From: Paramecium tetraurelia
Lineage: Eukaryota
Reading direction: 5' to 3'
Assembly: GCA_000165425.1 (NCBI GenBank)
Contig: CT868026.1
Coordinates: forward strand, 124,001-188,000
Length of the DNA stretch: 64,000 nucleotides
Within the stretch, counting starts at the first letter, position 1, and the number at the start of each line of letters is the position of its first letter. Shown here one piece after another: positions 13,263 to 26,783 of this stretch. The notes beneath the pieces are model-generated. The model searched no databases, was not told the DNA's origin, and saw only the letters and a list, made by a program, of their open reading frames with translations. The translations under genes and the position numbers were made by a program.

Positions 13263-16200
13263 TCAAATTATCAATTTAATCTATTTAATAATATTCTTTT
13301 GTATCAATGTTTTCAAAGGAATGAATCTTAAACAATACTTTAGATTGTTGTAATTGTTAATCACAAGATATCCTAATCCACAACTTAGTACTACAATTAG
13401 CAATTATATCATTATTCCTAAACCAATAAGCAGGTAAAGAATAAAACGAGTTTCTAAATTCAACTTCTCTTTTGCCAAAGATATGAAGAAATCGGAAAAT
13501 AATTTTATTTAATAATTGGTAGCATCCAATCCCCAAAATATATAAACAAAGTATTCTTTGGAATATAATTAATCCAAAAAGTAATTATTCTAATGCGTAT
13601 TATTTATTAATCCCAAGTTGTTCACTACTGAAATAGTTTATTAGTAGAGCTAAATTAATCCTACTGAAAAGTAATTTTCCAAATGATCAGACAATAGTCT
13701 ATTTTCAAATATATCATTCTTCATCGAACAGTCAAAAACCAAACAAATATCTTTTATCAAAAGACTTTCCTTTTAGTAATCATTCAGATTCTCAGTCACA
13801 TTTGTAAATGGTTCTTGTTATGCATGTGAAATTGAATTATTTAATTTAGTTTCATTAATTTCAATTAATGAAAATATTGAATAGTCACTCTTTATATTTT
13901 AATTCATTATGTTATTCTCCTTTTCATTATTGTAAAATGTCTAGTAAAACATTTTGTGATTGTAGACATCCCAATTATTTATTAACTCTATGAAATTAAG
14001 TCTTATTTAAACTGCTGATAATGCCTAATTTACAATTGGATTTATTTCATTTGAATAACTTATATATTGTAACTAAAAGATCAATAAAAATAGGAATATG
14101 AATACAAAAACCAAAATCTAGAGAATCTAATAGTATCCTATATTGAATTTGTCTTCTAATTTCAAATTGGTATTTTTCAATTATGGCTCTATTGGAAATG
14201 AAGTTTCCTATGATTTCTCGTAAAATTGATTGAAAAATTTAGTATTAAACCAAAATTCCTCTATTTTAATATTTTCAATAATATTTTGTAAAATTTCGAT
14301 ATCAGAATCCAAATCTCGATTATCCAATCTTAAATATACCTACAAAATCTATCTTAATTTCTTCACTATACTCATTAATAAACATAGTAGCAATACGAAT
14401 AAAATAAACAGAATCATGTAAATGGTTATAAAGATAACTTAAACTTCATTGTCGAATTAATTATTGTATTCTTTGCTATTCTATAAACATGATTCTATAA
14501 ATTAGGCAGTAAGATCACAAACATCATTAAAATTCAAGAATAGGATTGATCTTGTATTTATTTATGGAAAAGTATCTTCACTTCCAGTCAAATAATTAGA
14601 TGGATCACCAGCAAAAGTTTTAATTGCTAAATAAAACAATTGATTCATCATTTCATAATATTTTGCTTATGTTTCAACTTCTTATACTTTTGTCTTGGTT
14701 ATAAAATAATCGACATACTTGAAACTGATTGACTTTTATTCTTAATAACTATCTAAATATTTGATATAATTCTCATAAAGATTTATCAATTGCTAGCAGT
14801 TCTTTTAATAAAGATTCAATGATAAAGTTATCTTATCAGTAATTACAACCGAGGCTGAATCTTGCATTAGTTCAATTTTCTGCTCATCCTTAACAACCTT
14901 ATGAAAATCTCTATAAAAAACTGTATGTCTACTACCTTTCAAAATGAGTCCATAATAATCTAGAAATTCAGTGCCATAAAATAGTCTATCAAAACATACA
15001 TCCTATTAACTCCTCTTTGATATTAACAATAAATAAATAATAATCATTGAAGCAATAGAAATTATTACATTTAATGTAGATACCAATAAGAAGTTAATTA
15101 TACATGAAGGTAATGAAGATGATGAAATTTATTATAAAAGTTGGTCACCTTATTTTATTGCGCTTGTTGTGCTGGTTTAAGAATGCAGAGATCTTAATAG
15201 ATCATGTTTCCCTTGGGATTTAGATTTACTCATTCTACAAATAATATTAATAAATACTATTGCATATGTTCTCTTCTTTCCTTCTTATCTTAACTCACGC
15301 AATGTGTTTGATCTAATTTATGATCTTAATGAATCTAAGCCAAATCTATGATTAGTTTATAATAAATGTAGTATTCCTTTTCCTCTTCAAATTCATAGTG
15401 AATAACACACATCGATATCTCATAATCAATTTATTTAGTATCATCATTTATAGTTGATTATTCAGTTTAAGAAGTTAAACTATTTATTAATTTTGATTAT
15501 TGATTCTAATTGAGTGATTTTTAGATATTGTAATTAGCGCTGTTTGTATTATTTGAATAACAGTTGCTAACCTAAATGATTTAATTTTAAACATAAATTG
15601 ATTTACTCTCATTGGTTTGAGAATGAAATTTAATCAAGCTTTCTTTTAGAGTTGGAATCATCTTAAAGATGTTAATTTTGTTAACAGTAAGTTGATATTA
15701 ATCAAGAAATCTTTGAAAGGTTTTATTAACAGACATAATATTGAATGATAAATCTAGATGTATTATAGCATGGTTTCCTATTTCATTTTTACAAATAAAA
15801 GCTATTAATTAAAAATAATTCAATTTTTGACTCGGAAAATATGGCTACAAAATTAATTTTATTTACATTAAGTTTTTATTTGGTAGACTTATAGTAGTAT
15901 CTATTTACTTTCCAATAAATTTGGATTTACCTCTATTCAAATATGAATTCATTAATTTCACATGACTAGACCTAGAGAAAGATGAAGAAGTTAAGAAATA
16001 TGAGTAAGTTCAAAATTGTCATCCAAATCTAAGAACTTTTTCTACCTAGTCGTCAGCATTTGTGTCACCTAACCATTTTCTTTGAAAGCTGCAGTCAAAT
16101 AGATTCCATTATTAGATGAAAAAGATATGTTTGTAAAGAAATCCTCTTCTTAGTAAATTTCACTTTAAATTAATTCATTAATTTTACAATAAATCTCATA

Positions 16201-17916
16201 TTATTCTCTTAAATTTTAGGTTAAATATGATAAAAGTAAGCTAATTCTTAATGAAAAAATATTATTTGTCTTATTATTTTAGTAAATTTTCATATTCTTA
16301 CTTAATTTGATTACATTCGCTGTCATTTATCTTAGACTCAACAACTTATAGTATAACTATTAAAAATTGATTATCCTGCCTTCTTTGAGACCAACATTTA
16401 GTAGTATTTTCTATTCTACTATTTTCTGTAATTCTGTTTAAATAATAATACCATCATATTTTAACAGTTTTATTTCTTCGATAAAATTGTTCCTATTATC
16501 CAATTGAGAGAGTTGCTTATTTATTTATATCTATATTGTAGTTTCTAACATTTAAAGTATAGTTTAATAATAATAATTTTAGATGGAAAACTTATGAGCT
16601 AAAATTAGTTGATAAGCTTGAATTAGATTATGAGTAACTTCATGTAAATAGGAAATGTAATACATTATAAGCATTTCATTTTTTAAATTTGCAATCAAAT
16701 TTCTGAAACAAATTGAAATTATTTTTTATAAATCAACATCTGAAGTAATGGTCTTATTCTTCTTACATGAGCATTTTAATTCATTACAATTTTGACTATG
16801 GATTTATTAGTAGATTTTAAATTGCAAAAGCTCATAAGGATCATGTATGTGTTACACATAAGTGAAATGATAAAGTTAACAAAAAGTCATTGTATTGGCC
16901 TAAGACTTCATGATGGATACTATTCTATTTTAAATTAGTATTGCAATATTAAGAGTAAACTATTATTAAATATTAAGCTATTACACTAAAAATGAAGAGA
17001 AATGAGTAGAGTAATGTCTTATTTTGAGGTTAGTAGGATTAATAAATGCCAATTGAAGTTAGAGAAATGGAAAAGGAGTGTATGTTAGATTCATAAATTA
17101 TAAACCCATTATGATATTGCAATACTTCCATCATCATTTCAATAAAAGCGCAAAGCCAGTGAAATAATAAGAAGTATTGAAGATATAGATTGATGTGGAA
17201 ATACTATTGAAAAATTAAGATCTACTGGATTACTAATGGTTTTATTACCTGAAACTTTGTGAATACTCTATTCGCATTATTCGGCAGAAAGTTAATTGGT
17301 TAAAAATAGTAGTTCTGATTTAAACTAAACAAATAAATAATAATCGTATTTATCACCTAGACGATTGTTTATTCAATCTAACTGCTCATATAATTGAGGG
17401 TTATTATTTAAAATGGAATCAAGCATATTTTATCATAGTTTTTAAGTATGAGTCTTAATATTGTAATACAATTTTAATTCATGTTGTCAGTCAAAATGAA
17501 TGCTATTAAAATAAACAATATTATGAAATTAATGTTTAATACTACATAAGGTGAGGATTGCAATAATACATTATTTATAATTTGATCTATTATTGGTATT
17601 TGAATTAAACATATAGATTGTATTAAAAGTGATACATTTATAAGGTATATAGGATAGACGATATATTTGAGAATTTATTCTTCCTAAGATTAATGTTAAC
17701 TATCTATGTTAGCTATATTTGCTATAAAGTATTAGTATTTGTATATAATGAGCGTGATAATTTGAGTTAATATCATAAGTTAAAAATAAATAATTCTTAA
17801 TTTTATAATAATTATGAATAGAAAAGAAAATTACCTTTAATATCATCAAACCATAATTTATTATTGTTAACTTTTTGAATCCAAAGTTGATCAATAATCA
17901 CACTACTTTTTGTCAT
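13263..17916 (-). CDS. Large multipass membrane protein with PAS-like domain (ciliate-expanded type); at least one frameshift; 5' end uncertain
   Basis: N-terminal TM cluster, HSQNCNELKCSC motif, PAS-like ISQLL/SFSRSSHVKLMNSYLNRGKS (frame break ~15984), C-terminal TM hairpins ending RFIPLKTLIQKNII...-TGA; architecture parallels 36083-40905. Confidence 0.65.
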
Positions 17917-18129
17917 TTACCACTGTTCTTTTAATATTTTCTCGCTATTGGGAGTGTCAAACAAATGATTTTAAAACAGACTAGAAAAAAATCAATACTA
18001 CACATATTACAAAATAATACCCTATCTAATTAATTTTCTCTTAAAAATTATATTGACATTGCTTTATAGATTTAAAACAGACCATTGTAATTCAAATTTG
18101 CAAATTCACAACTATGGGAAATTTAATAA

Positions 18130-19501
18130 TTATGCTTCAAATTATTTATAGTGATCTAATTGTTTAGATCACTTTTTCTAGTCGATTTATGTGGAACTGA
18201 ATGTTCTCTAGTTTTTAATAGGAATTTAACAGGAGACATATTACTTATAAATTAGAAATTCCAATTCTATTTTCATACCTTATTTAATCAAATTCTAGAG
18301 ACGTGGACTTGATCAAAAAAAGAAGTACTTATATAATCTTTACAAAGAGCTCTTTCTTTATCTCATTGGTATTAGCAACTTTTTGTATGGGTTATGAATT
18401 TTAAATTTATTACCCATAAGTTTTCCAATCTCAACGCTGTAGATTCACCACCCTTATGATTATCTTGGAAATCCTGTCAAAGGACATCTTTATCTTTTAA
18501 AAAAAGTCATTTTATCTTGCATTTTAATCTATTGAGAAGATTTCTTTTCTTTAGAAAGACCTGAGTTTATTAAATTCAAATGCATCTCTTAATTTGTATT
18601 CATGTATATAAACGTGATTTTTAGACCTCATTTCAAGCAAAAAAATAGAATTACTAATCTAATTTAAAACATATGCTATCAGCTAAGGTAGCAAATTATT
18701 TGCCCAAGTTAGACTTTATCCATTTAATCCAAATTTTTGTATATGAGCTAGCCATTGAATCTAGTATTGCTGTTCTCAACCTCTATAAATAATTATCTGA
18801 ACTATTTTTGGCTATATGAGGTAATGAAGGAAGGACTATTAAAAGATCTTTTCTTTCAAGAGAATCTTATGCTTATTTTTAATTCAATATCTCAATGACA
18901 TTCTCATGAAAGAAATAAATTAAGCATTTAATAGCATTCTATAAATATATTAAATAACAAGTTCAGGATGATACTTTTTAATATTATTATCAATTAATAA
19001 TTATCGTAATAAAAGATTAAATCACCTCCTTCTACTTTCTCAAGAAATTATTTGTTTGTAATCTAAGATGTCTTTTTATGTTATAATTGCATAATTTTTT
19101 ACTTCCTTTTGTATTTCATATAAAATTTATGATAGTGATGTAATTAGTAGCTATGGATTTATATTTCTTCATCTTTAAAAAAACTACTTTAGTTATAAAT
19201 CCGAAGGCTTCTTAAATAATTCAGACAACATATGAAAATGATATTTAATCCATTTATCTGATATTAATTCTTTATTTGATTCTCTTTTTACGAAAACCTT
19301 TCGTTCTTAAATAAAAATTCTTAATCATATTCAACAATAAGCAATTCATAATGCAATAAATCCTTTTTTATTTCAAAATTAAATGGCTTGCCTTTACAAA
19401 TGACAACTATCACTTTAGCTTTAAATTATTTTTATCAATTATTAAGTCCTGAGTACATCTCTATTTCTAAAGTTTCCTCTATCTTTATCTGAATATGACA
19501 T
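18130..19501 (-). CDS. Hypothetical protein or decayed gene; exon structure unresolved
   Basis: Protein-like open stretches under code 6 (ENAIKCLIYFFHENVIEILN...LRTAILDSMASSYTKIWIKW) and intron-like segments; could not be joined into one clean frame. Confidence 0.3.
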
Positions 19502-19598
19502 TATTAGAAACTAGTAAACCAATAATTTAGACAATAATGAATAATTACAATATTTTAATATAAACAATACATATCCATACTAAGAAAATGTTAACATA

Positions 19599-20003
19599 TC
19601 ATTTTTTGATTTTATTCAATATGGTACCTACTTACAAGAATCTCTTTAAACAATTCATAAATTCTTAATCTGGTTCGAATTCTTTGGGAGTATAAATATA
19701 TTCAGAATTTCGCTATTATTCTTATTCATCTTCCACATCATCTTCATCATCAAGATTATCAATTAAGAAGGAAGAATCCGAAGGAAACCTAACAACTGAA
19801 AATTATCCGTCTTGATTTTGTTAGACTCCGAATTATGCTTTTTAAATTTGAAATGCTGATGGATTAGTAATATCTTGGCTGGAATCAAACTTTCTATACA
19901 TCAACTAAATCATGCCCTATTCATAATGTTGAATGGCTTAGGTTTAATTAGACTCAATTTCTTCTGTGATTTGAATAGCTTTTAAATAATTTGTTTAATT
20001 CAT
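19599..20003 (-). CDS. Small acidic hypothetical protein (134 aa)
   Basis: Uninterrupted code-6 ORF MNQTNYLKAIQITEE...AIQHYEQG...DDEDDVEDE...NKIKK-TGA. Confidence 0.6.
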
Positions 20004-21120
20004 ATATCATTATAATTAACTTTTGTTTCGCGTATTTAAAACATGATAGCTGGTTGAGTTTTATCTTAAGTAATTGAATCACGATCTTTGTATTGTCTTT
20101 ATTGGACCTTGGGAGCAAAATTGATTGGTAATTAGACTCTATTATGAAGTGGGTATATACTTATTTTCTTATAATTAACCTTCAACTATAGCTCCTTTGG
20201 CGAAGATCTGTCGCTAGATAGTGGTTTACTGATTCTCTCAATTTTGTGATTGGCAGCCATCCATTGATCAATAACTTATTGACTTAAGGATTACTGATGT
20301 TCCACCTTAGAAATGCTTTTCGCAGAATATGCAAGGATAAGCATCCTTCTGACGAGTATTTCTCTATTTTAATCTCATTTGTATGATTTCATTGTCGATT
20401 AATTCATTTACTGTCAATTCATCACTGCTCTCTTCTCTGCGACGATTGCATAGAGCTTAAATGATATCCTACCACTCTAAATTGCACTTCTTTTTTTGGT
20501 CTAATCTGAAGAAATGCTAATTGTAATAATGATTTCACTTACATAGCCTACTTTAGACACAAGTAATCTATAGTCTGAGAATTCACCTCCACTTTTATAA
20601 TAGTTGTGTATTCTTCTTAGATATAACGTTTGAATATCCAATTGTCTGTTGAAAGTTGGGTCATCTCTGTGTTTTAATGGCCCCTCAATTAGGGGATTGC
20701 CACTTATTCCTTTTTCTTCATCCAAAACTTTGATGAGTTCTCTTTATTATTGCAAGTCTCCCAGAAAGGAACATCTGGATCATCATTGTAGAAATGATTA
20801 TTTAATTCAAAGAGATCCATCACTTGCATTTCAGTCAATGTCAGATTTATATTGTTAAACCCTCACATATGGATATCATTGCTTACCTATTATTCTATGC
20901 TTAGAGACTCTTACGTATAATTCTTAAAACTAATCGAAGTTGAGTAACTATTAATTAAGTGGTGGAAATTCTAATATATGTTTGACTCGTTTAATCTGCT
21001 TCTTTTTATATTTAAAAAATTTCTCTGACTCGCCCTTGCTCAAATTCCAGACAAATGAAGGTGCCGATGAAAAGCTATGATAATCGAAATCTTCCTAACT
21101 CTTTAATGACCCTTTTTCTT
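20000..21120 (-). pseudogene. ARS2/SERRATE-like gene with frame disruptions
   Basis: DLQQQRELIKVLDEEKGI, LDIQTLYLRRIHNY, YPCIFCEKHF and C-terminal RQYKDRD...VNYNDI-TGA resemble SERRATE/ARS2 motifs; in-frame TGAs near 20780 and 20863 require frame changes without a normal-size intron. Confidence 0.6.
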
Positions 21121-21322
21121 ATATTAAATAATTTAATGAATTTATCTAAATTTTAATAAAATAAAGTTAAATAAGATGATTTAAATAAAAAACTTATAAA
21201 GTAAAGACATCATTCAATTTTTCATTTCATATATGATAAATACTATTAAAATATGTGACAAAATCAAGATTTAAATCCATATATATGATCCTCATTCAAT
21301 TTAATTTATAAAACAAAAATAA

Positions 21323-21973
21323 ATGAAATCAGATATTGGGGAGCCCATATCTCGTTCCCCAAATTAGATAAATCATCTAGTTCTACTTAAAAAAGATTAA
21401 GATGGATTTAGAAATGATGAATTTTATTAAACAACTGAAGCATGTGAATATGACCTTGAAGTTCAACAAAAGGGTGAGGTTTTCATATTATGTTAATAAT
21501 CACCTCACAATAGCCCATTGCTTCTTCAGAATGTTTGCACCGATGTTCAAATTTTCTTAATTTTGGATGTTCCAATATAATTTTGTGAATAGATTTGGAA
21601 CTTGATATCTCGTATTTATGATTCACCTGTAGAGAATGGCTAAATTGGAAATCATTCTTAAAAATTAGTTACTGATAAGATTAATACTATTCTAAGCGAT
21701 TATTATGATGGGAAACAATTGCATTTATTTTTTCTTAATTTATTAGAGCTCCTTAAACGTACCATATCTAACACTTTGAAAATCGATCTCTGCATTAATT
21801 TTTTATAAGAAGACTAACATTTATAATACTTGTAGAAAATTTATGATCACTATTAGGAATACTTAAAATGTAAAGAACAAAATGATGGTTTCATTTGGCA
21901 AAATTTTTATATAGAACTTGAATAAACTATTTTATAAAGTTTGGAATCTAAACTCAATAAAAATTCTTACTGA
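21323..21973 (+). CDS. Hypothetical protein (216 aa)
   Basis: Uninterrupted code-6 ORF MKSDIGEPISRSP...KLNKNSY-TGA. Confidence 0.7.
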
Positions 21974-22879
21974 ATTGCTTGCATTATCTTTTGACTTTAT
22001 TAATTGTTTTATATATTTTTTATAGATTCATTCATTAATTATTTCATATTATAATTATCATCTTACTTACAATTGTGATTATTTTTCAACAATTGTAATT
22101 TTATACTCGTCTTGCTTATAATCTATTTCTTGTTTTAATTTAAATTATTTTTTAACATAAATTTTAAGAGCTAGTAAAAAATCGATTTTATAGAATAAAA
22201 CTTATATAGAATCTAGAAATTCAATCAGTAGCCTTTAATTAATAAATTAAAAAACACAAATTTAATTAAACAATCTGGTTTAATTAGGGTGATAGAAATA
22301 CATAGAAGAAATATCATTCAGGCTTGGTTGAGGAAAAGTAGGAACTTTAATCTGTATAAGACAATTCGATTATAATAGAGAAAATTTTCTTTTAGGCCTA
22401 TCAAGATCATCAATTAAGTAAGGCTATTCTTCATATACAAGAATAATAACTCTCTGCCTAAGTATTAATATGAAGATAAAAAATATTCCCAAATTTCTTC
22501 ATTAAAATTAAAATTCTTACTAAAAAATGATCCATTTATTATTATTAACTAATAGAATTCCTATAATTTCAATTTAAAGTAGTAGAAAGTTTTAAGAAAT
22601 AAGATTTAATTGAGGCTAATCTAATAGCAATGTCACAAAAAATAAATTTTGATTTTTTAGAAAAAATATAATTTTCCCTTCATCTATAAACAGTTAAGGA
22701 ATTGAATTTTGATCTGATCTGATTCTAATTCATTGTTTTTTGAGACTGCACATACAAAATCAAGAATACTATTATCATTTCCAAAATCTCAACATGCATA
22801 TATAATTAATTTGTATTAAAACAATTTAGTATTGTCAAAAATAAGAACAAAAATAAACTATTAATTGAATTTAATATAA

Positions 22880-24435
22880 ATGTTTGTTTTATTCTTGATT
22901 TATTAATGCTTTGCTCAATTTAATATATTAACCACAATTGGAGGGAAAAATATTTCAATATATGAAAATTAAGTGCAGAATCACTAATTTAGTGTGCAAG
23001 AATAGTATTAATGCCATCCATCGGAGTTGTTTGAGGAGGATTATAAATAGGATAGCAGAATATTTTATATTTAAAATTTGCATTCTAATGCCTTAAACTT
23101 AAGCATCATACCTATATCACTTAAACCTCGAGATATGCAATTAATAAATGTTACAAACTAAGTTGAGTAACAAGAAATTACAATTGAAGGAAGTTCAATC
23201 TCAGAATACAAAATATTTTATGAATGCTATTAGGATTGGGCTTATGTTGAATTACACGTGCGTTATGGAAAGACAATTCTAAATTTTCGATATATAAAGA
23301 TTTGTGAGGAGAGTCTCTATTATCACGATTACCCTGATTTGATACTGGGAGTGATGGCTTGCATATTAACGTATATAGGTGCAATTTATGGATAGAAGAG
23401 ATTCAAATTGAAGCAAGAATAAGCATAACAACAAATTGATGAATTAGAATCAAGTGATTCATTCTACAAAGCACGACAAATTTACTCTCCTTAATATTCA
23501 CAGCCAGAACAAGTAATGAAAATAGGAGATTTTTAAACAACATCCGGCTCTGCACAAATAATAGCAGCAAAGGGAAAAGAGACTAATTTCAAGTTGAAAA
23601 TAGCATTGTATTTATTTTTTGTGATTGGATACTTAACAGCGTTAAATTTATTAGAACAACTATCTTTATTGGAGATCCCAATTTATGGGATATATTTTAT
23701 TTGTGTTTAAATAGCTATGACAGATCTATTGATTTTCATCGTATCATCATCTATTTCTCCTTATATAAAACTACCGGTATATGGACGAGTAAAATTGGTG
23801 AACTTATTTACTTATTTGCTTCAATTTGTGTACACTTTCTTTTTAATAATGACAGACAATTGGGTGTTGAGAAATTTCAGTTCTGTTTGCTTGCTATTTT
23901 AATTAATTAGAGTATTGCATTAATTCATTTAAATTAGTTCATGAAGTTTTATAATCTTCAACAATTACTATCAGTGTATTGTTTTATTTTTGGGATGTCA
24001 TTCTTCATTTAGTATTAATTTTAGATTGAATTCCCAAAGTTGTATTTTCCAAACACTTTTTTTCTAGAGAATCCAAAGTTGACATGTTCAAGTACAAATT
24101 TATTGTAATTAATGTTCCCTTGTTCTTTATTAACCTTAACAAGATACTTTAGTAAATAAACCAGATCACATACAATACTATTTAAATTGGGATATTTAAG
24201 TTATGTTATTGGTTTATGTCTGAGTTTGAAATCAAATGAGACTGAACTCTTGTAGACATTGATAGATAATCTATTGCCAGCAATTATGATCTTTATAACA
24301 ATAAATGTGTACAGTGTTGCAAAAAGAGAGATGAAATAAATGTATTCAGGAATAGAGCCTGGATTACATAACAGAGCAATTCAATAGTAATATAGTTATG
24401 AATTAACAATTGATAAATATAATAAAAATTAGTGA
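22880..24435 (+). CDS. Signal-peptide-peptidase-like (A22B/SPPL-like) membrane protein lacking catalytic motifs
   Basis: Signal peptide MFVLFLIYQCFA, luminal domain, ~9 hydrophobic segments; NWVLRNFSSVCLL, CSSTNLLQLMFP, GYLSYVIGL and KREMKQMYSG follow the SPPL motif order; one 26-nt intron ~23912-23937; ~509 aa open frame. Confidence 0.6.
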
Positions 24436-24441
24436 ATATCA

Positions 24442-26382
24442 TCATAGAATTCGCCTTCTTTCAATCTAATTGGCACTATGACTGTATTCTCTAGAATCTT
24501 TAGCATAGTTATTAGATTTTATCTTTCTATAAGTGATATAATTATCATAGTTGTATCTAACTGGCAATGGACTCTATTGACGTCCAGTAAAATAGTTTTT
24601 ATTGATTTTCTATTGAAAACAGGTCCTTCTAAATTATTTTTACTAAAAATCCTCATAATCCAAAAGAACTGTTCTATTAGATAAATCTCCATTTATGCCT
24701 ATCATCTAATAAATGACCATTATATCATATAATTCATCACTTGTATCTTCAATTTGATCTAAACAAATGCTGGCTGACTTTATTGAATTTTTGATTATAA
24801 CTTCTTGTTATTTGATTGGATTTTGAATCGTTCTCTTATTGGCTGCTAATTAATCTGAAAGAAGTGATTTAAATTACTTGATGTCTGGTTTGAAATTGTG
24901 TTGACAATTATTGATATATTAAATAGGTTTGATAACTCTTTAGGAAGTGAACTTCAAATTGTACAGTTATTTGAATTGTAACATGTTGAGAAGAATTACT
25001 ACAATGAGTTTATCTGATAGTATCATGTCCTTGAAGAATAATTAATAAAGGTCATCTTCCCCATTAATTTGGATGTGGAAATCTGCATGGAAGTTTCTAA
25101 CGGAAACTGACAGATGCTATTGAACCAGGATTAGATTGGCTATTAGATCCTATAATTCTAGTTTCCTAGCGTATTTAAGTATAAGCACAGATGGTGAACA
25201 CTTCTGCTTGGGAGTCTTGTTTTGTCTGTTCACACTAAAGATATCGACCTTACCACTTAAGTATTGCAATGCCTAGACGTATCCTAGAGATGCCGCTTGG
25301 TGCATTAGGGAATCCTTTTGCTTTCCCATTTTCTTGTTGTAATCAAAGTACTCCTCACTGCATGATTAGAAACTCTGTTTAAAATACTTGATCTTACTCG
25401 AATTGATGGCACCTGCAAGACCTCATGGATAGGGGCTACTTTCTGACTATTTTTTTGATTAGGATTTTGGTATCTCATCAAAATGTGAATCAGTTTTTGT
25501 TAATTGTCATATTCACTCTGATTTCTACAATGCTTTCTCAATACAAAATGCAATGGTGTATCTCCATTCACACCTTTCATAGGTGTACCCACATTTTGAC
25601 TAATCACCAACATCTTCTCTTCCCAAACCCCAAATATTTGTTTCTCTATCATATACTCCACTATCTCGACTTCCAGTTTGCTACATGCCCACAAAAGTAC
25701 AAATCTAACTAATTTCGAACATGGATCAATGTGATCCAGCAAAATCTTGAAGATTCTATAGGGTTCATAAAACTATATACTTAATGTTCAACTTTCCTGC
25801 CAATATCACTGGCTGAGGGTGGTACATTCTCATCAAATATTCGGGATGATATACACAAATAGAAGGTATCACACTTCTCTCATCATATTGAATTGCCTTG
25901 ATCAACACTGTATTTGTAAATGATGAAAATACATTCACAAAATGATTGAAGTTGAATTCCCTATGATTTCTCAACAATTACCCGATTGTACTTTTCTGCA
26001 AATTTTATTGCTTACTATCCATCTCAATCAATAAAAACCAACTCAAATTTATCTATTGAATTGAAGGCTGATGTTAATATATTTCAAATGGGTTCTGTTG
26101 AACATCCAAAGTCACCAAATTCAAAGAAGAAAAGTCAGTGGACATTAATTGATTATTAGCAATATCCAAGGTATGCAATCTTGGCATCTAAACCTTGGGA
26201 AAAGCACTTATGTAATTGTGATTCAATATCAATATCTCCAATTATTATAATTCAACTATTCTAGTAGGAATCATCTTTATGTTGTTGTTGCTTAGGTTCA
26301 AATACCTTGTGTGTACAATTATAGGAAACTATTCCAATCCCGTTGAATTTAAGTGCACCTCTTTCTTATTGCTATGATCCAT
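24442..26382 (-). CDS. LRR + ankyrin-repeat protein
   Basis: N-terminal LRRs (YLNLSNNIKMIP, LEILILNHNYIS, LHTLDIANNQL), ankyrin-like GDTPLHFVL and DSLMHQAASLG; 3' end approximate. Confidence 0.75.
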
Positions 26383-26783
26383 TAAATTAATAATATATAA
26401 TAATGTTTGATTCATTCATATGAAATCTCTAGAATATATTTAACAACTGTAACTACCCTTATTATATTTTGAAGATATATAACTCTAGGTTCTGATAACT
26501 CACTTAGCAAGCTATATAACTATAACGAGATAATAATAAAAATCCATTTGAAGGATTTAATTTTAACAATCAATCATCTTTGTTCAAGGGTTCAAATGAG
26601 AAGGAGGAATTTATGGTTAAAATTTGACTGAGTTTTCAAGAAATTAAGAAAATAATAGTATATTAAAATATTTAATAACTATTAATATAAGAGAGATTAG
26701 AATTCATTATTAACAAAAAGGATGTGAGATATTTTAAATAGTTCATCAATCATAATATTGATAAAATATATATAATGTACAAT

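Noticed and set aside
20760..20870. TGA read-through or selenocysteine in the ARS2-like gene
   Set aside because: The natural-looking protein continues in a different frame, so indels rather than recoded stops explain it.
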